The position numbers and the translations under genes were made by a program. The notes under the pieces were generated by a model. It was given only the letters and a program-made list of their open reading frames with translations, was not told the DNA's origin and made no database searches. Below, one piece after another: positions 49,195 through 61,345 of a DNA stretch of 64,000 bases. This stretch comes from Cystobasidiomycetes sp. EMM_F5. Lineage: Eukaryota. Within the stretch, counting starts at the first letter, position 1. Every line of letters begins with the position of its first letter. Location of the stretch: contig JBPGPT010000011.1 of assembly GCA_051047955.1 (NCBI GenBank), positions 62,001 through 126,000 on the forward strand, read 5' to 3'.

Positions 49195-51243
49195 CTAATG
49201 ATCATCCGCTACCATTGCCTCGAAAAGTGCTTCGTTGATTTGCGCGTCCGAAGGTACATATTCGAAAAGTTTATTGTAGCAAGATGTCCCAGGCGTCGAA
49301 AAGTGAATGTACTGAGGGAGAGAGTCAATACTATTAGCATCCTGTATTGTTTTACTAACCCTTGCCCGTGAAGACTTACAGGCTCCCTGGCGTTAAGACG
49401 CGAGCCGCAGCGGAAGCAAAAGTGACATGAACACCTTGCACAAGTCATATGTGCACATCCCATGCTCCTCTCGATATCAAGCTGGAGCGCATATTTCGGG
49501 TCAGCAAAGTCGCACCCTCTTCGCAGAGCGCGTTACATACCTGGCAATCAGGGCAGCGAGTACTGTTATCGGCGATCCACTTCGAGTTGGCTTGTTCCTC
49601 TAGGTATGCCTCCACCAGCTTCTGTACGTTTGTCTTGCCGTACCTCACTTCTACTGCCGCCTTCTCTTCATCGGTGCCGTTTACATACTTGTCGACGATA
49701 CTGTCTGCCTGGCTGAAAGCGCATCGAGAACGGGTGCCATGGTAGGTACGGCGGCAGTATACGCAGAAACTGTACTGGCATGCTGGACAGATACGTAATC
49801 GCTCATACTCTTCGTCTGACTCCTTCGGAACTGCTGCATTGCAGGTACTGCGTGGGCAATATGTAATCGTAGGGTCTAGGATAGTCGAGCTTAGTGCAAG
49901 TAAGCTTGTCACGGTAAAAGTTGACGTACCACTCTCGATACGTTGCTTCTCCACGAGCCATGTATACCGGTCTGCCAGGTCCTTCCCAACAATAGCTTCC
50001 AACTCGTCCGCACCGACCGAACCAGGCAATGCCGCTTTGGCAACGCTCGGGTCAACCGCCTTAGCCCGTTTCTGAACACATTCCATGTCGGCACAAGTGA
50101 CGTTCGCAACGAGCCCTTCGCGAATGTTGAGCTCCCAGAAAGAATGCAGGCATTCAACGCAAAAGACATGACCGCATCTTTTCAATCTTGCGCAGCGAGC
50201 GCCCTTCTTTGTCTCCAGGCATATTCCGCACGCGAATGACTCGGCAGAGAAGGTGCTGTGGCGTACGAGTCTGTCGTGCGTGACTAGCTGCTGTACTAGA
50301 CTAGGTCGAGACGCTCGGGTTGACGCAGACCATTCGTAGCGGTCAACAATTCTGAGAGGTCGTTGTAAAAAACTTGAATCGGCGATGACAGTGCTGATCT
50401 CATCTGCCATCATGTATATCGATGCATCGTTTTGCCATACTGACTAGCGGTTCAGCTCCCGCCTGTAAGAAAGTATGATGCAGAACATACAGGGTGTTAT
50501 GCGTCCTAGCAGCTTATTCGCAAGATATTTACTCAGCCAGGAGCACTCTATTGCGAGCGCTGGAGGCGTATATAAAGGATAACTTTGATGAAGGGTGGCG
50601 ATCAACTCGACAGGCAGCAAATGCTGTATCGCGAGAGTAGTTTCACTTGTCGGAGGCAGGGTCATCGATTCCTGAACAGCTCCGTTTGTCATTGCTCCAC
50701 CATTGCGCACAGGGGTCGGTGCAGGTTCGATGGTCTGTACATCCGTATGTCCTCTCGACTCCGAACGATTAGGTGGATGCGAATGTGATTCCATCGAGGC
50801 ATGAGCATATGCCCTCCCTTTCTGACCGTATTGACGCGAATGTGAATGCGCAGAGCGGTTGCCATTTCGCCCTGCAGACTTCAGTGGCGCTTTCAACCGG
50901 GTTCCGGGCATTGCATGCTCGTGGGCCTGGGCAGCACGAGAGACTGCTTCTTCCACGACAATACATTCGACCGTGTCTTGCAAGTCAACATCAATGGTGA
51001 CCTTGCAGACGAGCTGGCCGTCATCGCTGCGGTAATATCTAAACTTGCTATCATAAGTAGCCTGCAGAGAGATGCGGAGCACATCAGTCCACGATACATT
51101 GAGTGGACAAGCTCCAGCCTTACTTCCAACGCCAAAAGCTCATCATTTTGGAGTTCGCGACACTGCTCCAACGCGGCGTCCGAGATGCGTCGAGCGGGTG
51201 GTGCAAACTGGGGGCTATTGCATTTCGATGGACCAACGATCAT
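49195..51243 (-). CDS. ITT1: RWD-domain RBR E3 ubiquitin ligase (Itt1/RNF14-like)
   Basis: RWD (QNDELLALE, HLLPVEL...YPLYTPP...WL), RING1 CGICLETKKG...CGHVFCVEC, IBR CPRSTC...CPACQYSFCVYC, RING2 CPDC...GCAHMTCARCSCHFCFRCG. Confidence 0.88.
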
Positions 51244-51600
51244 AGATGCAGTCGTTTACGGAAATTGTAGGACGAAGCTGGGTCATATACGTTGTTTTCT
51301 GGACGAAAGAGAGGTGAAAGACTGCTGCAGTGGCAAACGTCGCTTCTCGACTTTCGACTCGAAACGTATTACGACTGAGTTATGCCCTGACCCACACAGC
51401 TCACAGTTTAACAAGCTATTTCATCAAAGTACAGAGCTGACTACTCATCGCCGGGATTTTGCGGCCGAAAGAATGACTAGCAATGCTTGCGAAGCCGCAA
51501 GAAAACGAAATTCGAAACTCGGCGTGCTATCCAAGCTGTCCATTTCCAACAGCTGTTCCGAATGTCCACTAGAGTGAGCGGCGCTCTTCAGGACTCATTG

Positions 51601-54255
51601 TCACCTAGGACCGAGAGGCCACCCGTTTAGCGGAGGCGGTACTTGCGTGTCTAATTGGACCATGACAGGACCGCTGTCCCAACGAGGGTTGATCAAGCAC
51701 TGGTTGCGAATAGGATAGAAAAGCCATTCGGCTGATGTGCGGGAGACGAAATCAGCTTTCTTACATGCTGAAAGAGCTGCGACAGCATTGGGGCTGCTCC
51801 CAGGCCTTACCGTATCGTTGTGCAGGGCCGACAATGCTCGAGGCCGCACTCCACCATGGGGCACACCAATGGAAATTGCCCTGGGTTGGCGCGGGACGAT
51901 GCGTGCGCCAGAGGCAGAAATTTTGAAGTGTGTTGCTGCGACATTCTGCGGGCGATTGGGTTGAATACCATGGATTTGTGCAACCGCCCCTTGCAACAAC
52001 TGGGCTGTTGATGTCCAGAACTACAATCGAGCATCGCATTTAGCTGCAAGTAGGATTCGATATGCCCAAGCACCATACCAGGGATATTTATGTGACACTC
52101 AGCATCGCGCGCATTGCGGCCGGGTCCTCTCGCTGGGCGCTCGGCCGGCCAAGAATCGTATTGCCCCACCGGCTGATCAAAACGACAGACATGACCGTGA
52201 CCTTGTAAGAAGCTTTGTTGGGCAGCCAAGTGACAGCTATGGGAGCCTGACATCGGTTTGGAGTGGTGCGCATTTAGGTGGAGATCGTTTGATCACTGAC
52301 TGAGACGAGCTACTCACGAGTAAAGACGGCGCGTTGCGTGAAATTGACGTTCACTGCACGCATCCGGTTTGCCGTCAACCCTTCAAAACTCCCTCGATAT
52401 TGCACACCGTGCGCGCGATTGCCGGTCAATTCCGTTTCACGCCAGGTCATAGGTAAATATAACCTCCAAAATCCATTTTCAAGAACGCATGCTTGTCCAC
52501 GCACACTGTACAAATTGAAGTGGATAGTAGCATCAGCATTGAACCATCTGTCGTCAGGGTTTGTGTCGGGACGACTCACGAAGGGTGGAGACCAGTATTG
52601 CAAGCCGCCTCAGACAGATACGTCTGACGATAAAGCCAAATTCTGTTCAGTTCGTAGATCTTCATGGCTACTGTTTCCTTGATGTATTCGGCATACTCGA
52701 GCGAGGCGGCTCCAATGTCCAATTCCTGGCCGAGCTCGTATGCGTAAGTAGCATTTGCGAGTACTGTCTCATACCATGCTTACAGACGGAGCTCCCAGTT
52801 CGCTGAACATTCCAGTACGCGCATAAGACATGAAGCCACCGTCGGCTAGTGGATCCCCTCGAAGGACCGCGTCGGTTTGCGCACCCAAGTTGAGCAGCGA
52901 TTCGGCAAAAAGGTCGGTGAAGAACGCTTGCATTCTTGCTGGGGTAATCTCTGGCTCGGACTCTCTGGCTGGATCGTTGTTACTGGGCAGGAATCTTGTA
53001 AAGGCGCCCACGCCTCTTGAGAGCTGAGCGGAGAGTGAGGAGCGAGTCTGTAATAATTCCAGAAACAGACACTTACTCGAACTAGAAATCTGCCCATCTG
53101 AAGATCGCTCTCGTCTTTGAGATTGGCCATCTCGTCGAAAGCGTCCCGCGGCTCTATGCCAAATACCGAAGCTACCGGACGATTGGTGAGGGCCTCCACT
53201 ACACCAAAGACTTGGTGAAAGAGCCCTCAGTCTACGCGCACCTACGTTACAGTCTATCTCCGAACAGCTTACTGATTTGGACACTACGGCCACCAGGGAT
53301 GAATGTTGCAAAAGCATTAATCATTGGAAGTACATCACGAAGGGAGAATGCCGGTGTGTTGTCGCCAGTACCTGTTGCCATGAGCTGCGTAACCATTTCC
53401 TGTATGCCAAGCCCTCCAACGAACGCTCCGGTTTCCATGATTTGTCGGCTTGTTTGCAGATGTATCCACACGGCTCGCATAGCGACGAAAGCATACCAGC
53501 GACGGTATTTGAGAATCTGTGCAGGGCTGGCGTTGATCGGCAGCGTAGGACGTTCGCGCCCCTGGGCAGGGACGCCTCCTCTGTCTGCCGAATCAGCAAA
53601 ATCTGGCCATGTACAGCCAGTCCGATCGCACTGCGACAAGATGACGGGTTTGTAGAACATTTTGACCGCTCGACGTATGACCTACCTCGAATTCCGCATA
53701 AGTGGGTAAGCCATCAGCATTTCGCCTCACAGCTCCAACAAGCAGCATTGCCATGCTCCTACTCCAATGACAACGTTCATTGCCGTTGCAGACCGCAAAT
53801 CTCGCAGCGGGACATCCGTCTAAGAGTGTATGCAGCCATTCCGTCATTCTCAATGCCTATGCAGCACATATTCAGCCGGGTCAATAGTGAATCGCTTGTG
53901 CTAGAAGGCTCAGTTCGAGACCTGATTCGGCACTCACTCGCCACATCTCATAATCTGGTGCATCTAGCGGCCTGATGCGTGGATTGCTGGAGTCTGCGAC
54001 TGGTCCGAAGAGCCGGGTAGCACCGTTGAGAGCTGGTATGTAATCAATCGGTACATCGTCTGTTGTCGGCAATATGCATTTTGAAATATCGTCCAGGATA
54101 TAATAGTCTTCCTGACGTGCCGTCACATTATTGGTATGCTCAGTCCGTTCAAGCATTGTAGCTAGATCTTCCCGGATCGACGGCGCGGCTGTCACTTGGA
54201 CGGCCGTGAGCAGGACGGCAGCTAGACAGCCCAAGGAAGCTATCAACGACCTCAT
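51601..54255 (-). CDS. Large uncharacterised secreted protein, multi-exon
   Basis: Signal peptide MRSLIASLGCLAAVLLTAVQVTA, then a series of same-strand ORFs bounded by GT/AG signals with a Cys/Trp-rich C-terminus. The exon chain is only partly reconstructed. Confidence 0.6.
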
Positions 54256-54973
54256 CGTGGAATTGGAGATCTAGACCCAAAGAGTGCGGTGCAGGTTGAA
54301 AAGGGAAAGCTTGCATGACAAGACAGGCAAAGACAACTGCCGCATCAGCCTTTGATGCCGCTCAGCAACTCCCATGCCGTAGCTCGCATGTCGCTTTTTT
54401 GACATCGTTGATGTTGATTTTTTGCATCTCCGCCCCGCCTTGGCCAAATGCCAGGGATTGCGTCAAACTTTGCAGAGGAGAGCTCATACATATCTCATGA
54501 CGAGCCTCCGTTCGGGCTCCTTCGGTGAGAGTGATCCTTGGGCGAGCTCCAGACGGTCAGGGCCAGGAAGGAATGACGGGGTCAAAGATCAATAAACAAC
54601 TTGTCCAATTGGAAACTGTTGGGGTCGCGGCAAATAGGAGGGAAATGCTCAGCTGGAACATCTGCGGAATGCACGACCAGGAGCGTTGGCAAGCCTGATC
54701 GCAACGTGGTTCAAAAGCAGAAGTGCAGTCCGGGCAACAAAAGGACTCGGATGGAAATGCAAGCTGACGCCGGGTCTCAGCTGTTCTGTATGAAAGCTGA
54801 TCTGAAAGCTGATCTGCCTGGATCATCTGAGACATAATAATCACCAACGCTGTGCTCGTGGTTCCCGATTCCTTCCCTTCCAGCAGCTCTGCAACGCCTT
54901 TACCGTATCGCGCAGGTAGTAATCCTCAACACCGTCGAAATCGAGGTACTACATATCTAGAACCCGCTACACA

Positions 54974-55827
54974 ATGCATCCCTCCCTCGCCGGCCAGCTG
55001 CTGATAGCCTTTGGCACCATCCTGCTCCTTCTGCAAGGTTCTGCGGCTGCACCACCGCTAGAGCGGGGCGGGCCTCCACCTCCGTCAGTGCTTAAAATGC
55101 GCAATTTGCAGCAGGTTACTCGTGACGAAGTGATCCGTCGGGAGCAGCATCATGGGGAGGCCAAACGACAAAACGGTGCCTCTCCTCTCCCGTCGTGAGT
55201 ACGCAGATTTACAAAAATCCGTAGGTGAACGTGCTTTGCTGACTCCTAAAGAATTGGCGGAATTGATCCAACAGCGTGTGCGGCAGCACATCAGCATTCC
55301 TAGTGCAATACAACAATGCCGTGGGCGAGTTCATGGACAACGACGAAATCAACGGTCGCTATGCAGCAATTTTGCCAAGCACAGGGAATGGCTACGACTA
55401 TGCAGGACTGGTCGACACTGCTGCAGCCGCTACGCCCTTTCGTCTCGACGGCAAGTGCAATCTGGTGACGGCGACAGGCGAGGTCGCTACTACCGCCCTC
55501 GGCGATGCTGGACCAACAGGAGCTTGGTCTCCTGTCTACTTCGTCGAGGCTACAAAACAGGTTGAATGGGGTGGAGACAGTGGCAGCTGTCACATTGTGG
55601 ATGGGCAGCTCCAATGCACGTTCGGCAACGTTCTGGGCATGTATGTGTGCGGGGACTATCCGGGAGTGAGTCGTAGACCGTTAAGTTCGGGTTGACGCAT
55701 GCGAGTGAACCATCAAAGTTCTAAATTGCATTCAACCTCCTTTCAGACTTTCTTCACAGCCGTTGCAAACCCCGGTGGAAGCCCGGAGATGTGCTCATCG
55801 GTCTCGGTGTCCGTTCTCAGGATCTAA
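54974..55827 (+). CDS. Secreted protein with pro-peptide (KR site) and Cys-containing beta-rich domain
   Basis: Signal MHPSLAGQLLIAFGTILLLLQGSAA, EAKR Kex2-like site, two GTGAGT introns, ends CSSVSVSVLRI*. Confidence 0.72.
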
Positions 55828-56561
55828 AGCTTTCGTACTTCTCGCCTTGAGACTTGCTATTTCGTTGGCCGTATAGTCCTATGATGCTGTAGCGCATTGA
55901 CGCCTGCTATAGATGTCCACCAGCGTTATACAGATGGCACTAGTTGTCAGTCAACATCGTATTGCCTCTCGTTGTGCTACCTGCTTCAACAGTACCCTAT
56001 GCATTGGATCGTAGTCCTTTGCCAATTCTCGCTGACGACTCTGACTTGTTCTGGATTAGTAACAATTTTGTCTCCTATTGCGATATCGAAGGAGCAACAA
56101 TAAATCAAATCCGGCCAGAGCAAGCTCGTATCAGCATTTACACGGCAAGCGTGCACCCATTCAAGGGAGCTTTTCCGCAGCGTTAGTGACACCGCAGGGG
56201 ACATTAAATTAGCCAAGTAATGCGGGAAGCAGCGGTTACAAAGTCCAAGGCATACGCTCAGTACCTTAGTACTTGGTCAATCAATGTCGACTCGGTTAGC
56301 AGACTATTCAAAAGCCACTGAGTAGGCTTGACACTCATGATTCGCATTTAGTAGTTAGGGCTCCGGCTAGACTCTGAGTTACGCCAAAGCCCGGCTTGTG
56401 CACACATTTATCAGCGACTGCAACGACAGCCAAAGGATGCTGTCTCTGAGCATCACGTAGGTGAAGGTGTGCGCCATCTGCTCGTTACGATTGCAGAGAT
56501 CGACCTATTGTACTTTACAAGACTGATAGATCGCACTTGTCTGATACAGCCTGTTCGAAGT

Positions 56562-57673
56562 TTACACCTCTTCCATCAGCTCCCTTAGCTCGCCGTTGTC
56601 CACCCTGTATCAGATTTTGAATGAATAACGTCAGCAAGTACAGAAATAAGGCTGTGTGAGAATAGTACGCACATCTCTGTCAGAATGTCGAGACCTCCGA
56701 TGAGTTCACCCTTGACGATGATTTGAGGAAAGGTCGGCCAGTCGTTGATCTTTTTGAGCTCTGTACAGTGACCTGCTTCAGCATGACCTGTTCCGTATGG
56801 ACATTATCACAGGTTCCTGACCTTGGCGGACTGCCTCGTCTTCAAGAATGTCAAACCAGCCAAAGTCGATATTTTCCTTGCGTAATAGATTCACGGTCTT
56901 TTGTGAGAAGCCACAGCGAGGTGCATCAGGGTTACCCTTCATAAACAGCATAACAGGTTGCTGTGCATCACACACAAAAGTCAGCATAAGGCGCACGAAG
57001 CTGCATTCCTATCGGACGCACCTGTTTCATAATCTCATGACATCTCGCAACAAGCTGCTCTTGCGTCTCTTCGTGCGAATCTGTGACGATGGCTTCTACG
57101 GGCGCGCTAGACTTTGTCGATGGGGTATATTGTGCTGGTGGCGCTTCGGGTTTGGCATCTGTTTTAGAGAGTGGTTGCGCTGGGGGAGCAGACCAAGGTC
57201 AGCGTAGGTACACGGCCGGCAGATCAGCGAATTCAATGTCCGGCTTACTTGACCTTAAGCCAGCCTTGGTTGAAGTATGCTTTGTAATCTCATCAGACAA
57301 CTGCTTTGCTTGCGCGCCTGACACTCTGCTGAGTAGGGTGTGGCCCTGTAAGACAAAAGAACGGTATTAATGCCATATCTTTTAGCATTCGCCGGGTCCT
57401 GAATCGCACTCTGAGTAATATCGTATAAGGCACTGCATCGATTTCGAAGCTCTCTGACACCTCTGGCAGCGCTTCAGCTTCAATCTGGAGGAACAGAGCC
57501 GCAGGATGCGCGTCTGCGAGTGCTGCAACTGCCTGCGTCATGGCAGCGCATGGCTCCGCCCAGTCTGCGTAGAAGTACAGCACCGAGACTCGCTCAAGAT
57601 CTGCCGACAGCAGCTGCTGGAAGTGCTCGGGGGAAGTGACAGCGTGCAGATTGGACGACGAGGCTGCTGCCAT
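56562..57673 (-). CDS. GRX4: Monothiol glutaredoxin with N-terminal thioredoxin domain (Grx3/4, PICOT)
   Basis: Trx-like FYADWAEPC, and Grx domain [17 protein letters not shown]...[19 protein letters not shown]. Five introns. Confidence 0.93.
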
Positions 57674-58255
57674 GCTGGGATGTTGACTGATTGATGAGCT
57701 GTTTGCCAACCTGTCAACGGTTATCTGATTAAAAGACAAATGCTTCGGATCACTCGTTGACCAAGCTATGAAACGACACGAATCTAATGATGCTCATGCT
57801 GGCACTCCTCGACGAATAAAGAATACGCTGCTGCACTGACGAGGTAATCTGAACTGACATCACACCTCAAGGCCAGCCGCCGCCAGCAGCCCAATGACCG
57901 AGCCTCAGCAGCGAGCGAGCGACGATATATTCCGTGCATGCATCACTGACCAGTCACAATATACCCATACAAATTGTATATACGTACGTCTCCAACGGAA
58001 CGATTCCCTGAATGCAAATTCCGATGACCAACCTGCCGAGCTTTGGCTCCTTTGCCTGACAAAGGCTCTGCGGTATGAAGCATGCTATCTCTCAAGGTAT
58101 GACCGAGACACACTCGGCAAATCGGGAGTAACGCGGCCCATTCAACAAGACAAGCCCGGTCCACACAGCGAGGCCACAAATCGTATGGACTCTTTTGCTT
58201 CTACTCACACGCTCAATAAGACTTGATTCACACTTGTCCCTTCCAAATCAAAGTC

Positions 58256-58662
58256 ATGAAGTGTCTATCCGCCATCTTTTCAGTGATCAGTGTTCTTGCA
58301 ACCACAGCTCTAGCAGAATACAACAACTGCTGGGTTGGTACAGGAGGGAGATTTGACGGAGATGGGAATCGACTCCTTGGTCATGACTCACAGAATCTAG
58401 CTCCCGATGGCGTGAAATGCCGCCATAACCTACCTTCCCCGTACTGGGGGTCGGCAATGAGTTACACCAATCAGCCAGGTGCACTATGCTGTGATGCTTG
58501 TCGTGAGCCACTCTTTCGTCACCACCTCCACTACGTACTGAAAAAGTATAATTAGTATTTCACGGATGCGAACTCGCCTGGGATATCGATGCTGCAGCGA
58601 CCTTCGGATGGAACGAAGCTGATAAACCTCGTCGACGCAAGCGAACTGTCATGGTACGCTGA
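58256..58662 (+). CDS. Small secreted Cys/Trp-rich protein, CCDAC family copy A
   Basis: Signal peptide; NLAPDGVKCRHNLP...W...YTNQPGALCCDAC, intron 58503-58555, LFHGCELAW...FGWNEADKPRRRKRTVMVR*. Confidence 0.8.
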
Positions 58663-59415
58663 ATATGGCTGTCGCCCACGAATGGCGGGCGCCAGCGCAC
58701 AATTTGACGGCAGCGCAACTTCCATGCTGCATACAAGGAGAGGGAGGATGATTGGAGCCGTCGGGGTCTGAGTTTCCGCAGGGATTGATCTACGCATATA
58801 CTGTTCAAAATGACTCCAATTGCGAAAAGAGGCCTGTGGTAATGGGCGCTTTGACGGTCGCCATGCTAGTAAATTGTGACAACATGCATTTGTGCGCGGC
58901 TAATGCGTGACAAGACAAGTCGGCCGCTGATTATACTTCGAAGCAAAGACAGTACATCAGCTTTCGCTTTTCTGCTCTGAGATCCTTCAATCGCCCATCG
59001 CCAGAATCTCTGCGCACGCAAGGTTATCACAAGTCTCAGGCTGTGCATAGAGAGCATACTCAACACGTTGAGTGTCTCGGCGCCCAGCATCCTCATTGTC
59101 GAATGTCTCGCACAGCGCTCGCTTCTAGCCCGAAAAGCCTTAGTACGGGTGGGATTGCACGAGATCCAAGGAGGAATTTACAAGGGGACTATGGGAGGCT
59201 CGGCTTGATGCATTTTCCCAGCGCAACACAGCCGGTCACGCGAGATCTAGCCAGCCTTGTAAGAGCCGCGCTGTCAGATGCATGCTGAGAGCGTCGTGAT
59301 TTGTTGTCCGAACCATCACTATCATCCCTTCTTTGATCTTATCAAAAGGACTCTAGTCACTTCGATATCTTCTGCATCAGACGCCAGCTCAACATATTCT
59401 TCACGTCTTTCTGCC

Positions 59416-59787
59416 ATGCGAGCCATCTTTATTGCCTTGAGCATCACCGCTGCCTTCACGACGGCGGCCCCATCACGTCGAGACTACAACTGTTGGATAG
59501 GCACCCTCCGAAGAGGAGAAGAAGGCGTAAACCTAGCGCCTGATGGGGCTGTATGCAGGCACAATCTTCCGGACATCCATTGGGATCCGGAGATCGACTA
59601 TACCTACCAGCAGGGCACATTGTGCTGTGACGCGTGTCGTGAGTCTGAAATCATTGTCTTCGCCCCGCAGCTGATACGTGCGATAGTATACTACGGGTGC
59701 ACGACGGCATGGAATAATTATGCAGACTTCGGATGGAATCCAGCAGACAGGCCCAGCAGTGATCATGCTGGTTCGACGCGTCTATGA
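59416..59787 (+). CDS. Small secreted Cys/Trp-rich protein, CCDAC family copy B
   Basis: Signal peptide; NLAPDGAVCRHNLP...W...YTYQQGTLCCDAC, intron 59639-59686, LYYGCTTAW...FGWNPADRP. Confidence 0.8.
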   Translation: MRAIFIALSITAAFTTAAPSRRDYNCWIGTLRRGEEGVNLAPDGAVCRHNLPDIHWDPEIDYTYQQGTLCCDACRESEIIVFAPQLIRAIVYYGCTTAWNNYADFGWNPADRPSSDHAGSTRL

Positions 59788-60273
59788 AGCATGCTGAACG
59801 ACCTAGATATTGGAACGGGTAGCGTCCGAGCTACATTCTTGCGGGGTCTGCCGATCTAGATACCTATTGACGCTCGATTATAGCGGCCTTGTTTGCTTTC
59901 TTGTCAGAAATAACATTCAAGCGGAACCAAGCGTATTTGCGATGGAGTGAGTGTTGATGATGGTGGCCGATGATTGCCAGATTCGAAGGGTGCAGGCGCC
60001 TGACTTCCGTATATGCGAGGTTCCGACTCATTCAACGCAATGACAAAGGCACGCGTTCACATGGTCCTTTGTGGCTCAGTCGGAGGCCACCGCTTGAAGC
60101 TTAGTGGCACCGCTCGTGCGTTTAATATCGCGCTTTCTGTGTTCACGCGCACACCCGTACACACACCCAAGGAACCGTAGCGATCGTCCTCTCGAGTCAC
60201 CTGCATCAGCCTTTTGACTCTTAAGCCAAGGCTCCTGCGCGTCCATCCAGTACCACTCAGCATCTTACGCACC

Positions 60274-60693
60274 ATGGAGCATGCAGCCATTGCTCTGGCA
60301 GTTGCCACTACGCTGGCGACAATTGTGGCTGCGGGGGAGACGAACAACTTTTACTTGACGGATCTGCAAGACCCTTATTTGACGTCGGGTACTGTCACAT
60401 ATTATTCCGGGAAGCTGGCTCCTAGCGGAGCGCACTGCAGATACGGCTTGCCTATCCGTCTGTGGGACCATCCTGAAGCACTAGCCTACACGGACAACCC
60501 GCAGAGACTGTGCTGTGATGCATGCCGTACGTCAATTGACTATCACCATCCTGGAGTCATTCTGACTTGCAGCTTGACTCGCTTAGTATCCCGTGGGTGC
60601 AATATTGCATGGCAGAATCCAGAATATTGGTATTGGAACGCTGCGGACATGCCGAGACGTAGAAAGCGAGCTATCCTGACGCGCGTGCTTTGA
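60274..60693 (+). CDS. Small secreted Cys/Trp-rich protein, CCDAC family copy C
   Basis: Signal peptide; KLAPSGAHCRYGLP...W...YTDNPQRLCCDAC, intron 60527-60586, LSRGCNIAW...WNAADMPRRRKRAILTRVL*. Confidence 0.8.
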   Translation: MEHAAIALAVATTLATIVAAGETNNFYLTDLQDPYLTSGTVTYYSGKLAPSGAHCRYGLPIRLWDHPEALAYTDNPQRLCCDACRTSIDYHHPGVILTCSLTRLVSRGCNIAWQNPEYWYWNAADMPRRRKRAILTRVL

Positions 60694-61345
60694 GTACGTA
60701 ATGGAAAAGTCTTGCGACGGCAGTAGGGTCGTATGAATGCCTTTTTCATGACTGTGCGTTCATGACTGTACGAAATTTGTAGAGTTACACCGCAGAATAA
60801 ATCCGTAAAATCAATCCGTCATACCAAATTTGAACTGCCGTGGGAGAGCTTCCGTCTTTGAAGTCAGTACACGTAATGATGTTATGCTTTCAGTGAATAT
60901 CAGCTTGCGGCGTCAGCCTCAAGACCCCTTCGTTGTGCGGCTCTGGAGGTGCGGTGAGAATGACCGTTAATCTCAGGCCTCACCAGCCATATGGACATGG
61001 ACAGGCCCCACATCTGAGAAATGCAGTTGCTAGCTGGTTAATTTAGAGGGTAGAGAAGAGGAGTACGTCATGTACACCACCAGAGTGGATGCGAGCATAT
61101 CCTGCCTCCATCCTTGCAACGGAGGCATCGTGAGATGTTGAGACTGTGAATTTCTTGCTATAAAAATTCCTGTAGACACTTCTGCGAAAGCCGGACTGCC
61201 TATATGGCAGATTGGGCGGGCTCTGCAGACTCTTTACGAAGTCCTGAAGACATGCCTAGCTAGGCTGCGGGGCTCTACCGGCGTTGTTTTGAGATCGCAG
61301 ATATGCTGCTGGAGGAATTGCATTGGCTTGGGTCACATCCTTGCA

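Noticed and set aside
50846..51577. 243-aa plus-strand ORF
   Set aside because: Antisense to ITT1 and its promoter; no protein-like features.
55830..56560. Possible small gene or structured RNA between the secreted gene and GRX4
   Set aside because: Only short ORFs; no tRNA cloverleaf, A/B boxes or snoRNA boxes that I could confirm.
59776..59787. C-terminal TRL of CCDAC copy B as a peroxisomal signal
   Set aside because: Not a canonical PTS1, absent from the paralogues, and the protein has a signal peptide.
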